Assembly (NCBI GenBank): GCA_035309485.1
Contig: DATGFC010000041.1
Coordinates: forward strand, 5,426 to 69,425
Origin: Candidatus Sulfotelmatobacter sp.
Lineage (GTDB): Bacteria; Acidobacteriota; Terriglobia; Terriglobales; Acidobacteriaceae
Direction of reading: 5' to 3'
DNA length: 64,000 bases
Every line of letters starts with the position of its first letter. Position 1 is the first letter of the stretch. Positions 38,598 through 47,335 of the stretch are shown one piece after another. The notes below the pieces were generated by a model. It did not search any database and had not been told where the DNA came from. It was given only the letters and a program-made list of their open reading frames with translations. A program made the translations under genes and the position numbers.

Positions 38598-38813
38598 ATG
38601 ACTTCGACGGTTTTTTTCTTCCCATTCTTCGGCTTCGGACTGCTCGTACCGCTGGCCATGTATTTCCTGCCGTCGATTATTGCGCTAGCGCGCAGCAAGC
38701 GCGATACGCTGGCTATTTTCCTGCTCAATTTCTTTCTGGGCTGGAGCGTAATTGGATGGATCGTCGCGCTGGTCTGGGCCGCAAAAAATGATGCTCCAGT
38801 TGTGGTGAGGTAA
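38598..38813 (+). CDS. Superinfection immunity (Imm_superinfect-like) small membrane protein
   Basis: 71 aa with two transmembrane helices. YFLPSIIALARSKRDTLAIFLLNFFLGWSVIGWIVALVWA matches the family consensus as I remember it. The ribosome-binding site gggagg precedes the ATG. Confidence 0.7.
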   Translation: MTSTVFFFPFFGFGLLVPLAMYFLPSIIALARSKRDTLAIFLLNFFLGWSVIGWIVALVWAAKNDAPVVVR

Positions 38814-38823
38814 AGCGGATCCT

Positions 38824-39261
38824 GTGATCTCTCTCCGGCCCCGGATGGCATTGATCGTACTGGCGAGCAGCGCGCTGATCGCGTGCTCGCAGAAGGCCGC
38901 ACCCCAGGCTCCCGATCCTCAAACCGTTCTGCAAGCCATTCCTGCGGCGGACTCCGCTCATTACGAACACATTCGTGACATGAAGACCTGGCGTAATCCT
39001 TACCTGATTGTGCGTACCGACGGTGTCGCCCTGCTCGATGCCGCCGACAGCGCGGAGATCATCTTGAAGCCGGACGAATTGCTGCCGGCGCTTGCCAACC
39101 TGCCGGCTTCAAATTGGCCGTATGGCCGGGTAGTCGCGGCCACCGAGACGAATACGAGAAGTTCAGAGCAGGACGCAATCACCATCCGCCGCAATAAAGG
39201 GATTGTCGGGGGGATGCTCGAAGGGGCGCACATCGCCGTAAAGTGGGTTCCGGCGTCGTGA
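38824..39261 (+). CDS. Hypothetical lipoprotein (145 aa)
   Basis: GTG start. The MISLRPRMALIVLASSALIAC lipobox-type signal is present. No family recognised. Confidence 0.55.
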   Translation: MISLRPRMALIVLASSALIACSQKAAPQAPDPQTVLQAIPAADSAHYEHIRDMKTWRNPYLIVRTDGVALLDAADSAEIILKPDELLPALANLPASNWPYGRVVAATETNTRSSEQDAITIRRNKGIVGGMLEGAHIAVKWVPAS

Positions 39262-39334
39262 GCGACAACCCGAGCGCCGCCCAAGGAACGGCAGGGGGCT
39301 GCTGCTTCCACAATCAATTCTCACTCGCCAACTC

Positions 39335-40192
39335 TTGAAAATCTGCCAGACCATTGACGAAATGCGGGCGGCTTCGCGGGCGTCGCGGCTGGCGGAGAAG
39401 CGCCTGGGCTTTGTGCCGACCATGGGTGCGCTGCACGAAGGCCATTTGTCACTGGTGCGGGCGGCGCGCACGACCAGTGATCTTGTAGCAGCATCGATCT
39501 TCGTCAATCCCACGCAATTTGGGCCGAATGAAGACCTCGCCAAGTATCCGCGATCGTTTGACCGCGACCGGGAATTACTGGAGAAGGAACGGGTCGACCT
39601 GCTTTTCGCTCCTTCCGTCGAAGAAATGTATCCCAGTGGGGCGGTGACCTGGGTGACGGTGGAGGGGTTAAGCGACAAGCTGGACGGCCGGTCGCGTCCG
39701 GGACATTTTCGCGGCGTCACCACCGTGGTCGCAAAGTTGTTTCACATCGTCGAACCCGATGCGGCCTTTTTCGGGCAAAAGGATGCGGCGCAGGTGGCTA
39801 TTATCCGGCGCATGGTGCGCGATTTAAATCTGCCGGTCGAGATTGTCGTCTGCCCGATTGTGCGCGAATCGGACGGTCTGGCGATGAGTTCGCGGAATGC
39901 CTATCTCGAGCCCGCGCAAAGGAAACAGGCGCTGGTGCTGCACCGTTCCCTCATGCGGGTGCGGGAACTGGTCGAACGGGGCGAAGGGGCCGCCAGGAAA
40001 CTGTCGGCAGCCGGGCGCGAAGAATTCTCCCGAGAGCCTGCAGCGCGATTGGACTATTTCGAGATCGTGAATCCGGAGACTCTGGATCCCGTTGACGATG
40101 TTTCGGGCGGGGCGCTGGTGGCGGTGGCCGCTTATGTAGGCGCCACTCGGCTGATCGATAATTTGTTGCTGAAGAAAATTACTCCAGACTAG
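39335..40192 (+). CDS. panC: Pantoate--beta-alanine ligase
   Basis: GFVPTMGALHEGHLSL, IFVNPTQFGPNED and GQKDAAQ. The start codon is TTG. Confidence 0.94.
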   Translation: MKICQTIDEMRAASRASRLAEKRLGFVPTMGALHEGHLSLVRAARTTSDLVAASIFVNPTQFGPNEDLAKYPRSFDRDRELLEKERVDLLFAPSVEEMYPSGAVTWVTVEGLSDKLDGRSRPGHFRGVTTVVAKLFHIVEPDAAFFGQKDAAQVAIIRRMVRDLNLPVEIVVCPIVRESDGLAMSSRNAYLEPAQRKQALVLHRSLMRVRELVERGEGAARKLSAAGREEFSREPAARLDYFEIVNPETLDPVDDVSGGALVAVAAYVGATRLIDNLLLKKITPD

Positions 40193-40195
40193 AAA

Positions 40196-40228
40196 CCCCA
40201 CTTCTCGCAGCATCGGCCAGAAGTGGGG
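40196..40228. terminator. Hairpin terminator between the convergent panC and Gly-rich protein genes
   Basis: Perfect 10-bp stem CCCCACTTCT / AGAAGTGGGG with a 13-nt loop. It is flanked by AAA on the plus strand (TTT on the minus strand). Confidence 0.6.
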
Positions 40229-40248
40229 CAGCCCAGTTTGTATCAACG

Positions 40249-41079
40249 TCAATACGCGTAAGGATCGATGTAGCTGGGAGCTGTGTAGTAGCCGTCCAGC
40301 CACGGAGTGGGCGTATACCACCAGTATGGAGGCCAGGCCCAGAAGGGATTCCACCAACCCCATCCCCATCCCCACCCCCAACCAAAGCCAAAGCCGAAAC
40401 CCCAACCCCATCCCCGGCCCCAGCCGCAGCCGAAGCACCCAAACGCGGGATAGAAACCGCCGCGGAAGCCGCCTCCGCGCCATCCTCCAAGCCAGGCGCC
40501 ATTGTGGAACCCCACTACGCCAGCATGGTTCGCAGCGATGTTAAAGGTAGCGCGTTCGCCCCCAAAACCGTGCCATTGGCCGTCCGCGATGGCAGCATGA
40601 GATCCAGCGCCGCTGACGGATCGTACCATCGACCCCGCGGCACCTCTCTCACCCCCAACCGCACCCGATCTTGCCGTTGTGGCCCCTGCGGGTGATCTTT
40701 GAAAGGAATGCCACCCGGGAGAGGCATCCCTCACCCCGTGCCCTTCCGACGCCCAAGGATGGGACGACACCGAACGGTTCATAGAAGAGGGGCCACCCAT
40801 GCCGGGACCGCGTGCGCCGTATGAGCCCCGCCCGCCGTATGATCCCACCCCTCCGCGATAACCGCCGCCACCATACGCGCCGTGGTATCCCCCGCCAACA
40901 TGGGAGCCTCCTCCATAACCTCCGCCATGGAAGCCGCCTCCACCGCCGGCATGCATGCCTCCGCCTCCGCCTCCAGCGTGGCCCCCACCGTGTTGGGCTA
41001 CCGAAGGCGTGGAGAAACATAGGACTGTAATGGACGCAACTGCAGCGAGAAACAGCTTAAGCAAGGTGGGTTTGCTCAT
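40249..41079 (-). CDS. Secreted low-complexity protein: Gly/His/Tyr-rich N-terminal half and a (Gly-Trp/Phe)n plus Trp/Tyr/Pro-rich C-terminus
   Basis: Signal peptide MSKPTLLKLFLAAVASITVLCFSTPSVAQ, then HGGGHAGGGGGGMHAGGGGGFHGGGYGGG, ending in GWGRGWGWGFGFGFGWGWGWGWGWWNPFWAWPPYWWYTPTPW. Confidence 0.65.
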   Translation of the reverse strand: MSKPTLLKLFLAAVASITVLCFSTPSVAQHGGGHAGGGGGGMHAGGGGGFHGGGYGGGSHVGGGYHGAYGGGGYRGGVGSYGGRGSYGARGPGMGGPSSMNRSVSSHPWASEGHGVRDASPGWHSFQRSPAGATTARSGAVGGERGAAGSMVRSVSGAGSHAAIADGQWHGFGGERATFNIAANHAGVVGFHNGAWLGGWRGGGFRGGFYPAFGCFGCGWGRGWGWGFGFGFGWGWGWGWGWWNPFWAWPPYWWYTPTPWLDGYYTAPSYIDPYAY

Positions 41080-41215
41080 TGCTCCCTCCACCTGAACGGC
41101 GGTTTTATCGAGCCTGGGGCAGGCCAAACCGCTCTAATGGGATCCTACCCTGATTTGGAACACCAATCCAAGCGGGAAGTTGTCGTGCATTCGAGGAAAA
41201 TTGCTCGGGATGGAC

Positions 41216-41971
41216 CTAAGGAACTGCGGCAACCACCCCGGGAGTGGGTTCCATGCGCTGGCGGATGAGGTTCTCGGCTTGCGACCAGATGTGCGGATCG
41301 CAATTGCTCTCGATATGGCTGCCCATGAAGGTTCGGTCAAACCAGGTCGCTCCCTCGCAGCTGATCGGCGCCCGGCTGTAATCGAACCGGTAATTGCCCA
41401 GGATCTGCGTCCTTGAAGGATCTGCCGCCCGGATTTTCGAACGGCCGTGGATGAACCCATGCGGCTGGTAGAAATTCACCGCCGCGGCGACGTTGTCGGG
41501 AATCACTCCGTCGTGCTGCCAAAACTTAGCGACGCTGTCCACTTGCACCGTGAGCAGCACCGGGATATCCAGCTGCTCCAGTTCGCGAGCCAGCAGCACC
41601 GCCGCCGCCGCGCCCCAACTGTGTCCGAAGAGAATGATCCTGGCCTGCGCCTTTTCCTCGTCGGTGAGAACGCCGTCGTGGTCACGGTCGAGGAGCCGCA
41701 GGATCGTCTTGTAGGCTGTTTTGCGATGCCGATTCTCGAACACCTGAACGTAGGTGCCGTGTGGAAGGTCCTGCTGAATTCTTCTCGCCAGCCGGACCGG
41801 CCCATGGAAGGGATTGTTATGGCGCACGAACCCGCCCGCGAATCCGATCACGATGGCAGAGGCGTTTTCGGTGGGTTGCCGGCTGACGGCTCCATCAGCG
41901 GCAAACAGCGAAAGTGAGCACGACGCAGCTGCAACAAAGCAGAAGAACGGTGATCGTGCCAACCGGAACAC
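41216..41971 (-). CDS. Secreted alpha/beta hydrolase (GxSxG) with an EF-hand-like loop
   Basis: The GHSWG nucleophile elbow is present. DRDHDGVLTDEE matches DxDxDGxxxxxE. I chose the GTG start at 41971 (ribosome-binding site gggag, signal FRLARSPFFCFVAAASCSLSLFA). The track ORF extends to 42262 but overlaps the upstream gene. Confidence 0.65.
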   Translation of the reverse strand: MFRLARSPFFCFVAAASCSLSLFAADGAVSRQPTENASAIVIGFAGGFVRHNNPFHGPVRLARRIQQDLPHGTYVQVFENRHRKTAYKTILRLLDRDHDGVLTDEEKAQARIILFGHSWGAAAAVLLARELEQLDIPVLLTVQVDSVAKFWQHDGVIPDNVAAAVNFYQPHGFIHGRSKIRAADPSRTQILGNYRFDYSRAPISCEGATWFDRTFMGSHIESNCDPHIWSQAENLIRQRMEPTPGVVAAVP

Positions 41972-42215
41972 GCGGGCTCCCACTACCAGAATCTCAGCTT
42001 TAAGATGATTCAGTTCACGGAAGGGATGCGGCAGAATTTGACGCGGCGGGCCGCTCGCGTGACATATACGGCTTTGCCCCAAAAACCGCGTCCGACAACG
42101 CTTCTGGAGATTCCTACCCGGACGTAAGTCTACACCTGCTGTCAATGGCCCGCGGTGAGACCAATCACAGACTTGGCCCCCGGAACTGCAGCCCGTTGGG
42201 GACGAAATGTCCGGG

Positions 42216-42863
42216 TCAGACCACAGCCGGCTTTGGACCGGAGACGAAGCGGTTTCGCGCAAGCAGGTAGCGCAGGGGCAGAACCGCAGCTTTTGTGATG
42301 CCGATGCGCGGCGTGACCATCACTCGGCTGCTGCGGTATCCGTCATCGCCAATCCAAAGGCTCCCCGCTGGCGAGGTCAGGTCGCAGCCATTGTCGCGCG
42401 TTCGGGTGATTCCGAAAGCCTGGCTGAGGCGGCCAGGCCCGCTGGTCAGTTTGGGCCAGTCTTTGGAACTGAGCAACGTGATCCCGCGAGCGCTGGCCAT
42501 AGCTTCCATACCGGAGAGCGGCTCGAGAGCGCGAAAGAGGACACATCCCGCCTCACCTTCGCGCTCGCACGAAACATTCAGGCAATAATGATTTCCATAG
42601 ATGAAATAGACATAGGCATGCCCGGGCGGCCCAAACAGCACGGCATTGCGCAGCGTCTGACCTGCGGCGGCGTGAGCAGCAGGATCTTTTTCCCCGAGAT
42701 AAGCTTCCACTTCCACGATCCGGGCGGTTAAGCGCGGGCTGCCGTTTCGAACCAGCACCTTGCCGAGAAGGGCGCGCGCCACACGACGTGGATCACGCGC
42801 GTAAAAAGCTCGTGGGAGCGGAAGGATTGGCGCCCGTGGCATTGAATTCTGCGGCCTCGCCAT
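42216..42863 (-). CDS. DNA-3-methyladenine glycosylase (Mpg/AAG family)
   Basis: FYARDPRRVARALLGKVLV...VEVEAYLGEKDPAAHA...GHAYVYFIYGNHYCLNV is typical of the MPG family. Confidence 0.9.
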   Translation of the reverse strand: MARPQNSMPRAPILPLPRAFYARDPRRVARALLGKVLVRNGSPRLTARIVEVEAYLGEKDPAAHAAAGQTLRNAVLFGPPGHAYVYFIYGNHYCLNVSCEREGEAGCVLFRALEPLSGMEAMASARGITLLSSKDWPKLTSGPGRLSQAFGITRTRDNGCDLTSPAGSLWIGDDGYRSSRVMVTPRIGITKAAVLPLRYLLARNRFVSGPKPAVV

Positions 42864-42961
42864 GCAGCGGAAATCTTAACCGTTGAGAGCGATGATTGTC
42901 GCTGCGAGCGGAGCCGCCACTACGCTAATCCAGAAAATCACAATATCCGCGAGAACGATTT

Positions 42962-44775
42962 TCATCGCAGGAACCACAAGAATGTTCCCCCCAGCAGCGC
43001 CGTGCCTGCCGAGAGCCACGCAACATAGTCGCCGGAGTGCCCGCTATGAATCCTTCGCAGCGACCCGTTACCCAGCTCCAGGCTTCGCATGAACCTGAGC
43101 GTCCGACCAAACTTCTTGCGGAAGACGCTGCCCAGGGCCAGGAGCAGCGCGAGAATTCCCGCGACGCTGGTGCGCAGAATGGATGAGGAGAGAGACTCGG
43201 CCGGAGACATTTCCGGCGGCGGAGGCTCGGCATTGTCGAGAACAGTACTCGCGTAGCTGGATTGATTCACGAAAGTCTGCGCGTTGGCTTCCGCGAGACC
43301 GCGCACGCGCGGAATCGCCGGCAAGCTGATCGCGAGCAGAATCAGCGCCGCTGCCGGCAACCACATCACGATCGGAGTTCGCCCGTGCATTTGTTCGGTT
43401 TCGGCTCGTTCTTCGATTTGAGAGGCTTCATCGGTCGGCGCAGGTTCTCCCCATCCAAGAAAAATCCGAAAGAAGACGCGCAGCACGGCGGCCGCGGTAA
43501 TCGTTCCACAAAAATAAAGAGGTAAGGCACCCAGCTCTGGTGATGAGCGATCGCATCCTCGGAGATCATGCTCTCGCCCAGTAACGTCCCGAAGGGCCAG
43601 CATCCCGCCAGGCCCCAGGCTCCCAGTACGAACAACGCACCCGTGAACCACAAGCCTCGCCCGCGACCGTGCAGATGATCTTCACCAATTTTTTGCAGCC
43701 GGTGCAGGACGATTCCGGCGCAAAGGAATAATGCGCCCTTGATCGCGCCATGCGAAAGCGCGTATAGCAGAAATCCGCCCAGCGCTTTGGGGCTGAACAA
43801 CGCGATGCCTGCCAGCATGAGTCCCGCATGGGAGATCGTTGAAAATGCCAACAAGCGTTTGAGGTGATGCTCGGCGTAGCACATGAAGCCGCCGACGATG
43901 CAGGTAAGCGCCGCGAGAATTAAGAAGATTTCGCGCAAGGCCGTGATGTGCCCCGCCAGCGCGCCATGAAAGGTCGTCCAATAAATGCGGGCTACCGCAT
44001 AAATGCCAAGCTCGACCATGACACCGGAAAACAGCACGCACACGGGGCTGGGCGCGACTGCGTGGGCATCCGCCAGCCAGAAATGAAAAGGAACGATCGC
44101 GGCTTTGGCCATGAATCCCACCGCAATCAGCAAAAAGGCGAGCACGACGGGCCGCCCCGCATGCGTGCCCAGTGATCGTCCAATCTGCGCGAAATTCAGC
44201 GCCCCGGTTTCCGCATAGAGCAGCCCGATCCCGAGTACGATCATGAAAGCACCCACTGTGTTCACGACCGCGAAATTGTATGCGCCCTGCAGCGGCGCCG
44301 GTTCCAGTGTCTTCAGCCCGCACAGCGCAAAGGCGGAAACGCTCATCAATTCGAAAAAAACAAACAGGTTAAACAGGTCGCCGGTATAGCTGAAGCCGCA
44401 CATCGCGGCCATGAAGATCAGCATCAGCGGCTGAAAATGATTCTCGGTATCCTCAAAGATTTTCCACGAAAAAATCAGTCCTGCGGTGGTAAGCAAAGCC
44501 ACCAGCATGGCAATCGAGGCGCCGATCGCATCAACGCTGAAGCAGATTCCGAGTGCAACCTGGGGGTTGCGTGGCCACCAGTTGCCAAACCAGTACGTAT
44601 ACGGTTGCAGCCATACTTCTCGCAGAATGACGATCGTCATCCACAGCGTCGCGCCCGCAGTGGCGATAGAAAGGGCGTCGCAGAATCGGCGGCCCAGCCA
44701 TTGCCCGGCGAGCGCCAGGAACGCCGCCACAATCAGGGGAATCGCAACTGGCTGCGGGATGAGTGTAGTCAGCAT
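42962..44775 (-). pseudogene. mrpD: Mrp/Mnh antiporter subunit D (NuoN/MbhH-like) with an apparent frameshift near 43520..43540
   Basis: Frame A (43366..44775) is a good NuoN/MnhD-like protein until ...ISEDAIAHHQSW and then turns non-membrane-like. Frame B (42962..43651) continues with ALPLYFCGTITAAAVLRVFFRIFLGWG...HSGDYVAWLSAGTALLGGTFLWFLR. The total span of 1814 nt is one short of a multiple of three. Confidence 0.65.
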
Positions 44776-45122
44776 CAGCCCGTTAGAATCCGTAATTCTT
44801 CAGGATCGATGGTATTGGCGAGTTCGTTCGCCTTGACCACCATGGCCAACAGTAATGCCGCCACGGTTGCCTCCACGACAATGTCGGTCAGCATGAGCGC
44901 CTGCACCAGGGGATCGACGACCGTTGTGCCCACGGGGATATCGGCGAAGACAGGTGCCGTCCCTCCCACTTTGTAACCGACCGTCAGCAGCAGAACGTAA
45001 GTCGAAGTCTGCAGCACGGCGAGGCATACTACCTGGTGAACCAGATTCTTGCTGGTCACAATTCCGTAGAGTCCCCACAGAAAAATCCAGGCCGCAATGA
45101 AATAAGGCACATGAAGAATCAT
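44775..45122 (-). CDS. mrpC: Mrp/Mnh antiporter subunit C (NuoK/MbhG-like)
   Basis: MILHVPYFIAAWIFLWGLYGIVTSKNLVHQVVCLAVLQTS. The start ATG at 45122 overlaps the mrpB stop (ATGA), and its stop overlaps the mrpD ATG. Confidence 0.85.
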   Translation of the reverse strand: MILHVPYFIAAWIFLWGLYGIVTSKNLVHQVVCLAVLQTSTYVLLLTVGYKVGGTAPVFADIPVGTTVVDPLVQALMLTDIVVEATVAALLLAMVVKANELANTIDPEELRILTG

Positions 45123-45877
45123 GATTTTTTTCGTAACTCCGCTTCCACGATTTTGCGCAGGTAGATCTGCGTCAGCTGCACGAATCCACCCGTTACTTCC
45201 ACACCTACGCACACGCTGATGACTGCAATCGTTCCCGAAGAAAATAAGTCACCTGTTGTTCCGAGCGGAACGAAGTTCGTGAGGAAATGCGTACCAGCCA
45301 GCAGCGCCGAAATTCCGATGATGGCGTACCCTCCCGCCCCTCCGCACTCGGCCACTTTCACCAGCGCGCTCGATGTGATCTTTTCGAAAGCCCCGACATT
45401 GCCCGCCAGATAGAGCAGGATTGGTGCCGATGCCAGAATCACACCACCCTGAAAGCCGCTCCCCGGAGTTAATTGCCCGTGAGTAGCAATGTAGAACCCG
45501 AATACGATCATCAAGCCCATGATGGCCTGGGTCGATATCCGCAATGCGTCCGACACTGGCAGTTCGTCCTGCTCTTGGGCATTTGAATTGCGCTTGTGGC
45601 CCTTCTTGTCGTCGGGACGGAACAGCAGAAGCACTCCCAGCACGGCGGCGAACAGGATGAATTCCTCGCCCAGAGTGTCGAACGCGCGATAGTCGTAATT
45701 GATGGCGTTCACCACGTCGGTGGCGTGCCGCTCGTAGACGGCTACCTGTGTGACCACGTAGCCGTAGGGTCCTCGATAATCGCCCATGGGCGGCAAATCT
45801 AGAAATGCCAACACGAAGATGACGGCGAGGGCTGCCGCAGACACCAGAAACAAAGTTGTGCGAGCGCGCAAGTTCAT
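45119..45877 (-). CDS. mrpB: Mrp/Mnh antiporter subunit B (MnhB domain)
   Basis: NAINYDYRAFDTLGEEFILFAAVLG is an MnhB signature. The protein is polytopic. Confidence 0.85.
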   Translation of the reverse strand: MNLRARTTLFLVSAAALAVIFVLAFLDLPPMGDYRGPYGYVVTQVAVYERHATDVVNAINYDYRAFDTLGEEFILFAAVLGVLLLFRPDDKKGHKRNSNAQEQDELPVSDALRISTQAIMGLMIVFGFYIATHGQLTPGSGFQGGVILASAPILLYLAGNVGAFEKITSSALVKVAECGGAGGYAIIGISALLAGTHFLTNFVPLGTTGDLFSSGTIAVISVCVGVEVTGGFVQLTQIYLRKIVEAELRKKS

Positions 45878-46137
45878 TTGCTTCCTTTGCGCTGCTTTTG
45901 CTGGTTATGCCGGCGCATCCTGGTGAGCGCCAGCAGGATCATCAGCGGCAGCATGACCGCCCCGATGGTGATTTGCGACAGCGCCACATCTGGCGCCTGG
46001 AAAATAAAAAACATCAACGCGCACAGCAGCCCATAAAAACTGAGCGTGACCACCTGGGGCTTGGGATCGCGAGTCAGAACTACCCCGGGGGCGGCCACGG
46101 CCACCAGCAGCAGGCTCATCCATTGCAGCAATCTCAC
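45874..46137 (-). CDS. DUF4040 / MbhD-like small membrane subunit (equivalent to the MrpA C-terminal segment)
   Basis: 87 aa with three hydrophobic helices. It contains FFIFQAPDVALSQITIGAVMLPL and has 4-nt overlaps with both neighbouring genes. Confidence 0.7.
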   Translation of the reverse strand: MRLLQWMSLLLVAVAAPGVVLTRDPKPQVVTLSFYGLLCALMFFIFQAPDVALSQITIGAVMLPLMILLALTRMRRHNQQKQRKGSK

Positions 46138-46490
46138 GGCTTCCGCTCCGGCATCACGAGTTCGTCGTTGGGATGAATGGGCACCTCTTCTCCCGGTTGC
46201 GGATTCCAGTCCTTGGTTTCCGCAATGCGGAAGGCGCGCGCCGCCGCGTGCGTCACTACAGTGTTCATGCCGGTCAATACCAGCGTGGTCGCCAGCGCCT
46301 TGAATGATTCTGGCTTCAGGCCGTCCTGAAGAAAGATCGCGATCGTGAATAAAGCCGCGCTGATCGAGGCGGGCGGCGAAATAAAGTGCATGCGCTGGTA
46401 GGGATCTCTCATCCGCAGCATGCCAAGTACGGAGAGGAGCGTCAGCAGCACCCCAATCGCCAGCAGAACATCGATGGTGATGGCTTTCAT
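46134..46490 (-). CDS. mrpG: Mrp/Mnh antiporter subunit G
   Basis: VLGMLRMRDPYQRMHFISPPASISAALFTIAIFL is MnhG-type. Confidence 0.85.
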   Translation of the reverse strand: MKAITIDVLLAIGVLLTLLSVLGMLRMRDPYQRMHFISPPASISAALFTIAIFLQDGLKPESFKALATTLVLTGMNTVVTHAAARAFRIAETKDWNPQPGEEVPIHPNDELVMPERKP

Positions 46491-46508
46491 GGGTGGTGAA
46501 AGGTTTCC

Positions 46509-46760
46509 TTAGAGATGGCGCGCCAGAAAGCGGGCGAAGACGATTCCGCCGCCAAACGACATGAGAGCAAGGGTGAGCGCCAGATCCATCATAGGCATTC
46601 GCTGGAAGGCCATGGTCAGTAACATCAGCAGCAGCGTGATCACCACTCCCGCCATATAAAACGCGATCAGCCGCTGGCGCACCTCTCCGCTGACCGCAAC
46701 CCAGGTGAGTGGCACCAATGTGAAAATCATCACTTCGGCAGCCAGTTCCCAGGCGTTCAC
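46509..46760 (-). CDS. mrpF: Mrp/Mnh antiporter subunit F
   Basis: 83 aa with three transmembrane segments, lying between the E and G subunit genes. The sequence is MnhF-like. Confidence 0.8.
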   Translation of the reverse strand: MNAWELAAEVMIFTLVPLTWVAVSGEVRQRLIAFYMAGVVITLLLMLLTMAFQRMPMMDLALTLALMSFGGGIVFARFLARHL

Positions 46761-47257
46761 GCTCGGGCTCCTAACTGCTCAGTCATCTGGGGAACCGAAC
46801 TGCGTTTGATCTGATGAAACAGCAGCGTACGTTGATTTGGATTGATACCCAGGACAATGAAGTTGGGTGCAGCCGTGGTATAGACCACGGCTAAGACCCG
46901 GCGCGCAGTTCGGTGCGGATCTTCCTTCGTGCCTGGTTCATAGCGCGACACGCGGAAGAGCGACTGCCCCCGCTCCACTCCCAGTGCATCTTTGGCGGCG
47001 ACCGACAGGACTTCCCAGGTGCCCGAAAGCAAATACCAGGACAGGCGCCAACAAGTCAGCAATTCACCTAGTGTGGGCGAAAACGGCGCAGGATAATTGA
47101 CCGTTACCACCAGCATTCCCGCAGCCGTCAAAGCCGCAGCTATGACGCCGATCAGAAGTTCATGCAGTGAAAAGGTTCCAACCAAAACCAGCCAGAAAAG
47201 ATAGGAGGAGGGCAGCGTCACACCCAAAATAGCCGCGAATTTCCCTGCATTTTTCAC
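46757..47257 (-). CDS. mrpE: Mrp/Mnh antiporter subunit E
   Basis: 166 aa with a GTG start and two N-terminal transmembrane segments followed by a soluble domain, as in MnhE. It is the first gene of the operon. Confidence 0.8.
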   Translation of the reverse strand: MKNAGKFAAILGVTLPSSYLFWLVLVGTFSLHELLIGVIAAALTAAGMLVVTVNYPAPFSPTLGELLTCWRLSWYLLSGTWEVLSVAAKDALGVERGQSLFRVSRYEPGTKEDPHRTARRVLAVVYTTAAPNFIVLGINPNQRTLLFHQIKRSSVPQMTEQLGARA

Positions 47258-47335
47258 GTCTTCGCGCCCGACGAATAGATGAACTGCTTGCGCTGCAGGG
47301 TTGGATTAAATCCATTACCGCTTATGGGTTGTCCG

